Both the position numbers and the translations under genes were made by a program. DNA of 64,000 nucleotides from Lentimicrobiaceae bacterium (lineage in GTDB: Bacteria; Bacteroidota; Bacteroidia; Bacteroidales; JALOCA01): contig JALOCA010000006.1 in assembly GCA_023227965.1 (NCBI GenBank), positions 16,998 to 80,997 of the forward strand, given 5' to 3'. The notes below the pieces were generated by a model that had not been told where the DNA came from, did no database searches, and saw nothing but the letters and a program-made list of their open reading frames with translations. Below are positions 38,581 through 47,700 of this stretch, one piece after another (position 1 is the first letter of the stretch; each line of letters starts with the position of its first letter).

Positions 38581-41250
38581 CTACAACAAATGTAAGCTGC
38601 ATCCCAGAGAAAATATCCTTGCACGGGGGCAAGAGTAATAGTCTATTCCGTCGGATACTTCGGGGTCTAATCCCTTGTATTTGGTAATAACAAAAGCATT
38701 TTGAACCGTTGTAAATACATCGAGGGCCACTTTGTGATTCCAGATTTTATCGAAGTGATAATTCAGCCTTATGTAGTCCATGCGTAAGAAAGAGGCATTT
38801 TCAACATAATAGTCTGAAAAAAACTGTGGATATAAAAAACCGGATTCGGTTACAGATTTATCTATGTTTTGCAAATAATTGCTCTCGTAAATTATGCCGT
38901 AAGCACTGTTTGAACTTATATTGTTATAAACATAATTCCCGATGTTTGCTCTTGCAGAAAAAGAAAAATTCCAGTTTTTATATGTAACATCGGAGGCAAA
39001 TCCAATAATTATTTTGGGGTTGGAAGATTTATATTTATAATAATTATCAATATTTCCAGCTATATTTCCACCCTCACCACTTCGGTCAACATACATTCCT
39101 TCCATTGGTTTTCCATCAATATATCGCTGTTGTAACACAAAAAACGTATTTAAAGGATCTCCTGAACTGTAAATCATAATTTTATTTCCATAATAGCCAA
39201 CAATTGTCCCGGTTTCATTTCCATAATAATCATATTCGTTATCTGTTTTAACTTCATTTTTATTATATGCCCCATTACAACTTACATTCCATTTCCAGTT
39301 TTTTGAAGAAATAATCTTTGTATTTAATACCAATTCAAAACCTGTATTCTTAATTTTTCCAAAATTTGCAGTATAATTTTCACCGCCAAATAATGTTATT
39401 ATTGCAAATAATTTATCATTAACCTGGTTGTAGTAATTAGCCGAGCCTGTTATTTTATTTTTGAAAAAGCCAAAATCCATGCCAATGCTAAAAGTTGAAA
39501 TCTCTTCATGCATCAAATTTTTACTGTCTTTTTGTTGCCATGCACCTGTTTTTCCATATTCTGTTTTTAGTTTCAAATCGGAAACAAAAGGAATGTTCTT
39601 CATAAAAGGTTCTTTACTGATTTCCCATGCTATAGCAGCAGCAGGTGTAAATACGTTACGGTTAGGGTCGTTAAATAATAAATTATTAACTGGTAAAAAT
39701 ATACTACCGTTATGTCCGTCAAATAACTTTGAAAAACCATCGTTGCGAAGAGAGAGACTAAGCGAATATTTATTTTTTAAATTATAGATAAGCCGCCCGA
39801 AAATGGCATCATACTTATTTTCTAACGATGCATAAGAGCTGTCGAATACCAAAAGGGGATAAGCCGTATTTCTTTCATAATTATTATAATTTATTTTAGT
39901 ATTTTGGTATGTATAACCTGCTATAAAATCAATAGAACTTTTTAGGGGTTTGATTTTATGGGAGTAAATCAGGTTAACATCATAAATTTTATTTTCGGAA
40001 GTGTAATTTGTTCGTTGATATAAACCTTTAGCCATCGAATATGTCCATGCTGCAGTTGAGTCAACATCTTCTTTGATATTTTGTTTGTAATAATCATTGC
40101 CATAATTGAAAACTATATGTAAATCTGGTAGAAAATGCAGCATATAATCCAATTTAATATTTGTTATCCTGCTGTTAATGTCATTATACAGCTTTGTTTG
40201 CTTCAGTAATGAAACAGGGTTTGCAGTTGCCATAAGGTTAGTTACACCATCAATATTCCATGTATAATAGCCTCCATAATTATTGTTTTCATAAACCGGT
40301 TGCGTAGGGTCGAATTTAGCAGCACAGGCATATACGTTATCATTTGCGAGCCGGATTTCATCGTTTACAACATTATGATTCAGGCTTATCTTTAAATGAT
40401 GATTGAAAAATTCGGGAGAGAGTGCAAGTCCGAAAGTATGACGGTTAATATTTGCGGTTTTTACAATACCGTCCTGGTTGAGATAACCTCCTGAAAGACG
40501 TAGAGGAACATTGAAAACAGAACCGGAAAAATTTAAATTATGATCCTGCCCGTAAGCATTCTGATAAATTTCATCCTGCCAGTTTGTATTTGCATTTCCA
40601 AGCAAAGCAATAGCATTTGGATTTTCTGAATATTTTTCGGTAACCAGGTTACGAAATTCATTTGCGGAAAAAACATCATATTTCTTTGGTAAAACCGAAA
40701 AAGAACCCTGGACAGTATAATTTACTGATAAATCTTTACCACCTTTTTTTGTTTCGATGATAATTACCCCGTTAGCAGCCTTTTCTCCATAAATAGCTGT
40801 TGCAGAGGCATCTTTCAATACTGTACACAATTCGATGTCGTTCGGGTTAAGATAAACCTGGCTATTATCCAAAACCACATCATTCACAACGACTAAAGGA
40901 GAAGAAGGATGAAAAGAACCATTAATTCCGTGATTTTGAATATTATAAACATTTCCAGGTTCGCCGTTTTCAGAACTTATTAACAGACCGGGAACTTTTC
41001 CTTGTATTAACTCATGGACTGAGATAAAGAAACCTTTATTAAAATCTTCTTTATTAATTATAACAATATTCCCTGTTACATTATTTTTATCAACAGTTTG
41101 ATAACCAATATTAATTTTTTGGGTTTCCTTAATTGTGAGAGAATCTGTATTTTGCTGTGTTGACGTTGTTTTCTGTCCTGATACTACTGTAACCATCATA
41201 CCAAACAAAACCAGACAAATAATTCGAGAAAATAGTAAGTTTTTTATCAT
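38581..41250 (-). CDS. SusC/RagA family TonB-linked outer membrane protein
   Basis: LNPNDIE..VLKDASATAIYG..AANGVIIIETKKG plug; ANTNWQDEI; SDYYVENASFLRMD; TKYKGLDPE. Confidence 0.88.
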   Translation of the reverse strand: MIKNLLFSRIICLVLFGMMVTVVSGQKTTSTQQNTDSLTIKETQKINIGYQTVDKNNVTGNIVIINKEDFNKGFFISVHELIQGKVPGLLISSENGEPGNVYNIQNHGINGSFHPSSPLVVVNDVVLDNSQVYLNPNDIELCTVLKDASATAIYGEKAANGVIIIETKKGGKDLSVNYTVQGSFSVLPKKYDVFSANEFRNLVTEKYSENPNAIALLGNANTNWQDEIYQNAYGQDHNLNFSGSVFNVPLRLSGGYLNQDGIVKTANINRHTFGLALSPEFFNHHLKISLNHNVVNDEIRLANDNVYACAAKFDPTQPVYENNNYGGYYTWNIDGVTNLMATANPVSLLKQTKLYNDINSRITNIKLDYMLHFLPDLHIVFNYGNDYYKQNIKEDVDSTAAWTYSMAKGLYQRTNYTSENKIYDVNLIYSHKIKPLKSSIDFIAGYTYQNTKINYNNYERNTAYPLLVFDSSYASLENKYDAIFGRLIYNLKNKYSLSLSLRNDGFSKLFDGHNGSIFLPVNNLLFNDPNRNVFTPAAAIAWEISKEPFMKNIPFVSDLKLKTEYGKTGAWQQKDSKNLMHEEISTFSIGMDFGFFKNKITGSANYYNQVNDKLFAIITLFGGENYTANFGKIKNTGFELVLNTKIISSKNWKWNVSCNGAYNKNEVKTDNEYDYYGNETGTIVGYYGNKIMIYSSGDPLNTFFVLQQRYIDGKPMEGMYVDRSGEGGNIAGNIDNYYKYKSSNPKIIIGFASDVTYKNWNFSFSARANIGNYVYNNISSNSAYGIIYESNYLQNIDKSVTESGFLYPQFFSDYYVENASFLRMDYIRLNYHFDKIWNHKVALDVFTTVQNAFVITKYKGLDPEVSDGIDYYSCPRARIFSLGCSLHLL

Positions 41251-41574
41251 ATTATAAATAATTTTACTGTTTTTTCTAAAAATTGCTACTCATTGCCAAT
41301 GAAAAAATAGCCCTAAGAGTTGGTAAAGTTATTTAATAATTTTTAATATGACCAAAAAAACAATAAAATTCTACAATAAAATTTTACATTAGTTTGTTAC
41401 TGAATGATAGAAATTAACGATACAGTTACAATAATATGCAACCGTAGAAATTTGTAAAAAGGGAAAAGGGTAATCTACATGCAAAAAATTATTCCTGTTT
41501 CAAGATTAAAAAAATAAATTTGAATTGCTTTTTTCCGTTCAGCAAAGACTGTTAATTAAATGCAAAAAATATTC

Positions 41575-42303
41575 TTAATGATCTAATTTATGCAATAGGA
41601 AGTTGATATCACTACCTGGTGCAAATTCCCTGGGTTCTAAGCCAAACTGGAAAAATCGTAACGGGCGTTTTCCCAACAGGGAAATGGTAGCTTTTTCCAC
41701 CATAAAAGCAGTAGCTTCGCGCAATCCTACAACAGAAACGCTTGGGTTAGCGGTAAGGAATTCCATTATACGGTCTTCGCGGGTTTCGCCTCCATGTCCA
41801 TCGGGATGAGCATCAAGATAATGAGGGTTTATCTGGAAAGGAACCAAATTCAGGCATGAAAAATCGGGTGGCTGCACTATCGGCATATCATTAGTAGTTT
41901 TCAGCGATGGGCAGGCAACATTGGAACCAGCACTCCAGCCTACATAGGACATGCCTTCCAGTGCACGCTTTCGAATGGCGTCCATCAGTTTTTGGCGATG
42001 CATCTGGTCAACAAGACTAAAAGTATTTCCGCCACCAACAACCACAGCCTGAGCTTTTTCAACAGCTTTTACCGGCTCAGCCTTTTCGTGAACGGATTCG
42101 AGTTCAAATCCGAGTGTTTTAAAAATAGTTCGTACCTTTTCGGTATAAGCATCATAAGTGATTGTAACACCGGCATAAGGAACAAAAAGCACTTTTTTTA
42201 CTCCAAATTTATCTAAAAAGCTTTTAATAATTTCTCTCGGCCAGCCAAGATATTCTTCGCCGGCATTGGTTGAATTACTTATCAATAAAAGATTACGTAG
42301 CAT
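41575..42303 (-). CDS. pepE: Dipeptidase E (peptidase S51)
   Basis: GGGNTF, GWSAGSN (catalytic Ser), TTNDMPI, INPHY, HGGETRE. Confidence 0.93.
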   Translation of the reverse strand: MLRNLLLISNSTNAGEEYLGWPREIIKSFLDKFGVKKVLFVPYAGVTITYDAYTEKVRTIFKTLGFELESVHEKAEPVKAVEKAQAVVVGGGNTFSLVDQMHRQKLMDAIRKRALEGMSYVGWSAGSNVACPSLKTTNDMPIVQPPDFSCLNLVPFQINPHYLDAHPDGHGGETREDRIMEFLTANPSVSVVGLREATAFMVEKATISLLGKRPLRFFQFGLEPREFAPGSDINFLLHKLDH

Positions 42304-42412
42304 AGAAAATATTTTTAACAAAGGAAAGAAAAAATGGAGTAACCATCAACAAAGATGCGATATTTTGGCAAATCCTTTTTAAAACGAAATAATTTCAAAA
42401 ACATATGAAAAT

Positions 42413-42437
42413 AAAAAAACCTCTGTAAAACAGAGGC
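42413..42437 (-). terminator. Intrinsic terminator downstream of the tRNA-Leu pair
   Basis: Minus strand GCCTCTG-TTTTA-CAGAGG followed by a T7 run. Confidence 0.65.
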
Positions 42438-42453
42438 TTCGTTATACCTTCAG

Positions 42454-42537
42454 TACCCAAGACAGGACTTGAACCTGCACAGCCGTACGGCCACTAGTCC
42501 CTGAAACTAGCGTGTCTACCAATTCCACCACTTGGGC
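42454..42537 (-). tRNA. tRNA-Leu (CAG)
   Basis: GCCCAAGTGGTGGAATTGGTAGACACGCTAGTTTCAGGGACTAG...GTTCAAGTCCTGTCTTGGGTA; long variable arm. Confidence 0.96.
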
Positions 42538-42581
42538 GTGGCAATAATCATTGTAACCAAGATTGGTTTCTTCATTAAAAG

Positions 42582-42665
42582 TGCCCAGGACAAGACTCGA
42601 ACTTGCACATCCGTACGGACACCAGCCCCTCAAGCTGGCGTGTCTACCAATTTCACCACCTGGGC
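42582..42665 (-). tRNA. tRNA-Leu (GAG)
   Basis: GCCCAGGTGGTGAAATTGGTAGACACGCCAGCTTGAGGGGCTGG...GTTCGAGTCTTGTCCTGGGCA. Confidence 0.96.
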
Positions 42666-42676
42666 AAATGGGAGTG

Positions 42677-42684
42677 CAAATGTA
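42677..42684 (-). promoter_or_regulatory. -7 promoter box (TACATTTG) for the tRNA-Leu pair
   Basis: TAnnTTTG 11 nt upstream of the tRNA. Confidence 0.65.
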
Positions 42685-42776
42685 TAAATTTTATTAATAT
42701 TTAAAATTTTCGCAGACTTTTTTACAACTAAAATTTTTTATAGTTTTGGGAAGATAAAAAACCAATCCTTCAAACT

Positions 42777-44333
42777 ATGTTTACTGATATTGATAAGCAG
42801 CAATTTGAAAAGCAGAATATCCTTTTAACAACCATCGAAAAACAAATTGTACATTTCAAAAAAGGGTTTCCTTTTATCATTCTCGACCGTCCGGCGACGG
42901 ATGACGACGGGATAAAAGCCTTTACGGAAAAAGAAGTCCATTTTTTTGCCTCTTTTTTTGAAACCATAGTTAAAAAAATTGATATCGTGAAGTTTGTACC
43001 GGCTTCGGGTGCTGCAAGCCGTATGTTTAAACACCTTTTTGAGTTCAGGGATAAGTTTAAAGGCACCGAAGAAAATATCCGTACATACTTTGCAGATGCT
43101 GGATTTAATTCCGTGTTTAACTTTATTGATCAGATAGAAAATTTTGCTTTTTACCAGGATTTGGAAACCGTTATGGCTTCCGCCGGACTCGATCTGAAGA
43201 AGAATATTAAAGATGGAAATTTGGTTCCTGTAATTTCATTTTTATTAGACGACAACGGCTTGGGCTATGCGAACCTTCCTAAAGGCTTGCTGAAGTTTCA
43301 CCGCTACGGAAATTATTCCCGTACTTCCCTGGAAGAACATCTTGTGGAAGGAGCTAATTATTGTAAAAACAACGACAACACCGTTAAAGTACACTTTACC
43401 GTTTCGCCTGAACACCGGAAAAAGTTTGAAGTAAAGGTTGCTGAAGTAAAAAATACCTACGAAACGATGTTTCACTGCCAACTGGAGGTATCTTTTTCCG
43501 AACAAAAAACTTCCACCGATACCATCTCTGTGGATATGAATAACGAGCCTTTCCGCGAAAGCGATGGCAGCCTGCTTTTCCGTCCAGGTGGACATGGCGC
43601 ACTTATCGAAAACCTGAATGACCTTGACGGGGATCTGATTTTTATTAAAAATATTGACAATATCGTTCCCGACAGGTTAAAAGCCCCGACTTTTCTTTAC
43701 AAAAAAGCACTTGCTGGCTACTTGTTACAACTGCAGGAAAAGGCTTTTGAATACCTGGAAATACTCGATGATGGAAATGTGAATGAAGACGAGCTGGTAT
43801 GTATGGCCTTGTTTGCAAGGAAAGATCTGAATATTGACTTGTGTGATGCTTTCGCAGAAATGGAATTCACAGAAAAAATTGATTATCTTTACACTATGTT
43901 CAACCGTCCGATGCGTGTTTGTGGCATGGTGAAAAACGAAGGAGAACCAGGAGGCGGACCTTTCTGGGTAAAAAACAGCGCTGGAGAAGTCTCATTGCAA
44001 ATTGTGGAATCGTCGCAAATTGACTTGCAAAATCCTATACAAAAACAAATTGTAGATAAAGCCACTCATTTTAACCCAGTGGATATGGTTTGCTGCATCA
44101 AAGATTTTCGGGGGAAAAAATTTAATCTCCCCGACTTTGTGGATCCGGAAACGGGCTTCATCTCCATAAAATCCAAGGATGGGCGTAACCTTAAAGCTCA
44201 GGAACTTCCAGGTTTGTGGAATGGTGCTATGGCTGATTGGGTTACCATTTTTGTGGAAACACCCATCATTACTTTTAATCCGGTAAAAACGGTAAACGAC
44301 TTGTTGCGCAAAGAGCATCAGGAAATAAACTAA
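42777..44333 (+). CDS. DUF4301 family protein (nucleotidyltransferase-like fold)
   Basis: KFVPASGAASRMFK, FRPGGHGAL, FIKNIDN, GEPGGGPFW, THFNPVD, ELPGLWNGAM, TFNPVKTVNDLL. Confidence 0.85.
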   Translation: MFTDIDKQQFEKQNILLTTIEKQIVHFKKGFPFIILDRPATDDDGIKAFTEKEVHFFASFFETIVKKIDIVKFVPASGAASRMFKHLFEFRDKFKGTEENIRTYFADAGFNSVFNFIDQIENFAFYQDLETVMASAGLDLKKNIKDGNLVPVISFLLDDNGLGYANLPKGLLKFHRYGNYSRTSLEEHLVEGANYCKNNDNTVKVHFTVSPEHRKKFEVKVAEVKNTYETMFHCQLEVSFSEQKTSTDTISVDMNNEPFRESDGSLLFRPGGHGALIENLNDLDGDLIFIKNIDNIVPDRLKAPTFLYKKALAGYLLQLQEKAFEYLEILDDGNVNEDELVCMALFARKDLNIDLCDAFAEMEFTEKIDYLYTMFNRPMRVCGMVKNEGEPGGGPFWVKNSAGEVSLQIVESSQIDLQNPIQKQIVDKATHFNPVDMVCCIKDFRGKKFNLPDFVDPETGFISIKSKDGRNLKAQELPGLWNGAMADWVTIFVETPIITFNPVKTVNDLLRKEHQEIN

Positions 44334-44404
44334 ATGATTTCATTCCTTTTTACTTATCATTACAAAATTATTTACTAATATTGCAACTTCGTTTGGTATA
44401 AATA

Positions 44405-44710
44405 ATGAAGTGGTTTGCTTGCATATTAAGTTTTTACGTCATATTTTCATGTACGCTCTCGTGTGTGGACGATATTGTTCCATGCAGCAAAACCAAACAT
44501 GCCACCGAAAGCCAAGCAGCGCACAGCCATAACTACCATGACCAGTGTTCTCCTTTTTGCGTCTGCGCCTGCTGCGGAACCATCGTAGAAGTCAATGCTT
44601 TAGCCTCACTTCCTTCTCCGGTAGAACAAATCATCTACTCCTCTTACATACTAAAAGAGAAAACTCTTTCCCCTGTAAGCTTCTCTATTTGGCAACCGCC
44701 TAAATTTTAA
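44405..44710 (+). CDS. Small Cys/His-rich protein (DUF6660-like); candidate regulatory upstream ORF
   Basis: Hydrophobic N-terminus, HSHNYHDQCSPFCVCACC, C-terminal IWQPPKF. Confidence 0.75.
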   Translation: MKWFACILSFYVIFSCTLSCVDDIVPCSKTKHATESQAAHSHNYHDQCSPFCVCACCGTIVEVNALASLPSPVEQIIYSSYILKEKTLSPVSFSIWQPPKF

Positions 44711-44794
44711 GCTGATAATATTTTATTTGTTTTGCATTATTTTCAGCGAAAGCTGGAATAAGTATTTTATTTATTAGCTTAAAATAAGTTTATT

Positions 44795-47700
44795 ATGATA
44801 AATCGTATCATTGAATTTTCCATTAAAAACAAAATAATTATTGGGCTTTTTACCTTAGCCTTGATTGGCTGGGGAATATATTCACTTACCCGGCTTCCGG
44901 TGGATGCAGTCCCCGATATTACAAATAATCAGGTGCAAATCATTACAATAACGCCAGCACTTGCCACTCAGGAAGTTGAAAAGTATGTAACCGCACCCAT
45001 AGAAATTTCGGTAGCAACCATTCCGGGGATCATCGAACTGCGTTCCATCTCTCGTTTAGGACTATCCGTTGTAACCGTGGTTTTTAAAGATAACGTGGAT
45101 GGGTTTAAAGCCCGTCAGCAAATCAACGAACGGCTAAAAGAAGCGGAAGAACAAATTCCGGAAGGTGCAGGCACTCCTACCCTCGCACCAGTTTCTACCG
45201 GACTTGGAGAAATTTACCAATATGTTTTAAAAGTAAAAAAAGGCTACGAAAGCAAGTATAATCCAATGGAATTGCGAAGCATACAGGATTGGATTGTAAA
45301 ACGGGAACTGCTTGGCACCGTGGGCGTAGCCGAAGTGAACAGCTATGGCGGTTTTGTTAAGGAATACGAAGTAGCCGTCAATCCAGAACGGTTGAAAAGC
45401 ATTAACATCACCATTCCGGAAATTTTTGATGCCCTTGAAAAAAATAACGAAAATACCGGCGGTGCTTACATTGATAAAAAGCCCAACGCCTATTTTATCC
45501 GAGGAATCGGGATGGTATCTTCTTTTGAGGATATTGAAAAAATAGTGGTAAAAGCCAACCCTGACGGGATGCCCATTCTGATTCGCGACGTGGCAACAGT
45601 ACAAATTGGACATGCCAACCGTTATGGTGCTTTTGTAGTGGATACCACCGGCGAGGGTGTGGGCGGAGTCGTCATGATGCTGAAAGGCGCAAACGGTTCG
45701 CAAGTTATTAAAAATGTGAAAGAACGCTTTGAGAAAGTAAAAAAGTCCCTTCCGGAAGGCGTTTACATTGAATCGTACCTCGACCGTACCGACCTGGTAA
45801 ACCGTGCCATAGGAACTGTTTCCCGCAACCTGCTGGAAGGAGGCCTGATAGTGGTTTTCATACTGGTTTTGATGCTGGGAAATTTCCGTGCAGGACTGGT
45901 AGTAGCCTCCGTTATACCACTTTCTATGCTGTTTGCCGTTTCCATGATGAATCTTTTTGGCGTAAGCGGAAACCTGATGAGCCTCGGTGCTATTGACTTC
46001 GGGTTGATTGTGGATGGAGCGGTAATCATCGTAGAAAGTGTCGTCCACCGGATTACCAAAAGTAAAACCCATCACCAGGGAATGTTAAAACTTCCTATGG
46101 CAGAAATGGACCAGCAGGTAATGCAATCGGCAAAAAGAATGATGAGTTCGGCTACTTTTGGTCAGGTGATTATTTTGATAGTTTACCTTCCGATTTTGAC
46201 CCTGGTGGGCATCGAAGGAAAAATGTTCCGTCCGATGGCTCAAACGGTTTCTTTTGCCATCCTCGGTGCTTTGATACTCTCGTTGACCTACGTTCCGGTA
46301 GCATCCACCTTGTTTCTGAGCCGAAAGCCCAAAATTAAAAAAGATATTTCCGACAAGATAATGGAAGTTATCCAAAAGGTTTTCCATCCGCTTGTAAGCT
46401 TTGCTTTGCGCAAAAAACATACAGTTGTTTTCATTTCTATTGCATTGCTCATTGGCAGCGTGTTCCTGTTTAACCGTTTGGGAGGTGAATTTATTCCAGA
46501 CCTGGAAGAGGGCGACCTCGCTGCAGGGGTGATGACACTACAGGGTGGCTCGCTTACCAATACCGTGGAAACCGTAGAAAAAGCCAACGCTATCCTGATG
46601 AAAAACTTCCCAGAGGTGGAGCACGCCATCTGTAAAATTGGTTCTGCCGAAATTCCTACCGATCCTACGCCCATGGAAACAGGCGATTACATAATCGTTA
46701 TGAAGCCAAAAAAAGAATGGACAAGTGCCAAAACCCGCGAAGAAATGACAAAAAAAATGGAAGAAAAACTTTCTGCATTAGCAGGTGTGGATTTCTCGTT
46801 CCAACAGCCGATTCAAATGCGATTCAATGAGTTGATGACCGGATCGAAACAAGATGTAGCCGTAAAAATTTTTGGTGATAATCTCGATTCACTGGTTAAC
46901 GAAGGCAAAATGATTGAAAATCTGATATATAATATAAAAGGAATCGAAGACATTCAGGTTGAACAGGTTACCGGAGCACCACAGATTCATATCACCTACA
47001 ACCGGGATAAAATTGCCCAGTATGGCTTAAACATAAGTGATATCAATCAGGTGGTTCGAGCTGCTTTTGCCGGAAGTGTTGCCGGAGTAGTTTTTGAAGA
47101 AGAAAAGCGCTTCGACTTGGTTGTGCGTTTCGAAAAACCGTTTCGCGAAAGCCTGGATAATGTTAAAAATATGTATATTCCTTTGTCTTCCGGAAAACAA
47201 ATTCCGTTGGAAGAAGTAGCAACGGTAGAAATAAAAAATGGTACAGCCCAGGTTTCCCGTGAGGATACCAAAAGGAGGATTACCGTAAGCTTTAATGTCC
47301 GCAACCGGGATGTGGAGTCTATTGTAGCAGATGTTCAGAATATTATTGATAAGAAAGTGAAACTTCCACCAGGATACTATATTACTATAGGCGGAGAATT
47401 CGAGAATCTTATTGCTGCAAGAGCAAGATTATTGCTTGCCGTTCCTATTGCCCTTTTACTTATTTTTATTTTATTGTTCTTTACATTTCACTCACTAAAA
47501 CAAACTCTTCTGATTTATTCAGCAGTGCCGCTGGCAGCCATTGGCGGTATAGTAGCACTCTACCTCAGAGGAATGAATTTCAGCATTTCGGCAGGAGTTG
47601 GGTTCATTGCGCTCTTCGGAGTAGCAGTACTCAACGGCATTGTGTTAATTGCCGAATTCAACCGGCTGGAAAAAGAAGAGGGAATTTCAGACATTTACGA

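Noticed and set aside
27134..41500. tRNA-anchored genomic island or prophage
   Set aside because: No integrase, att duplication or phage genes; the variable region lies 5' of tRNA-Glu rather than at its 3' end.
42442..42633. 63-aa ORF on the minus strand
   Set aside because: It overlaps the two tRNA-Leu genes; spurious.
45227..46075. Long antisense ORFs (282 aa here; also 16887-17534, 24146-24802, 56060-56656, 59173-59808)
   Set aside because: They lie wholly opposite well-supported genes and have no recognisable motifs; shadow ORFs.
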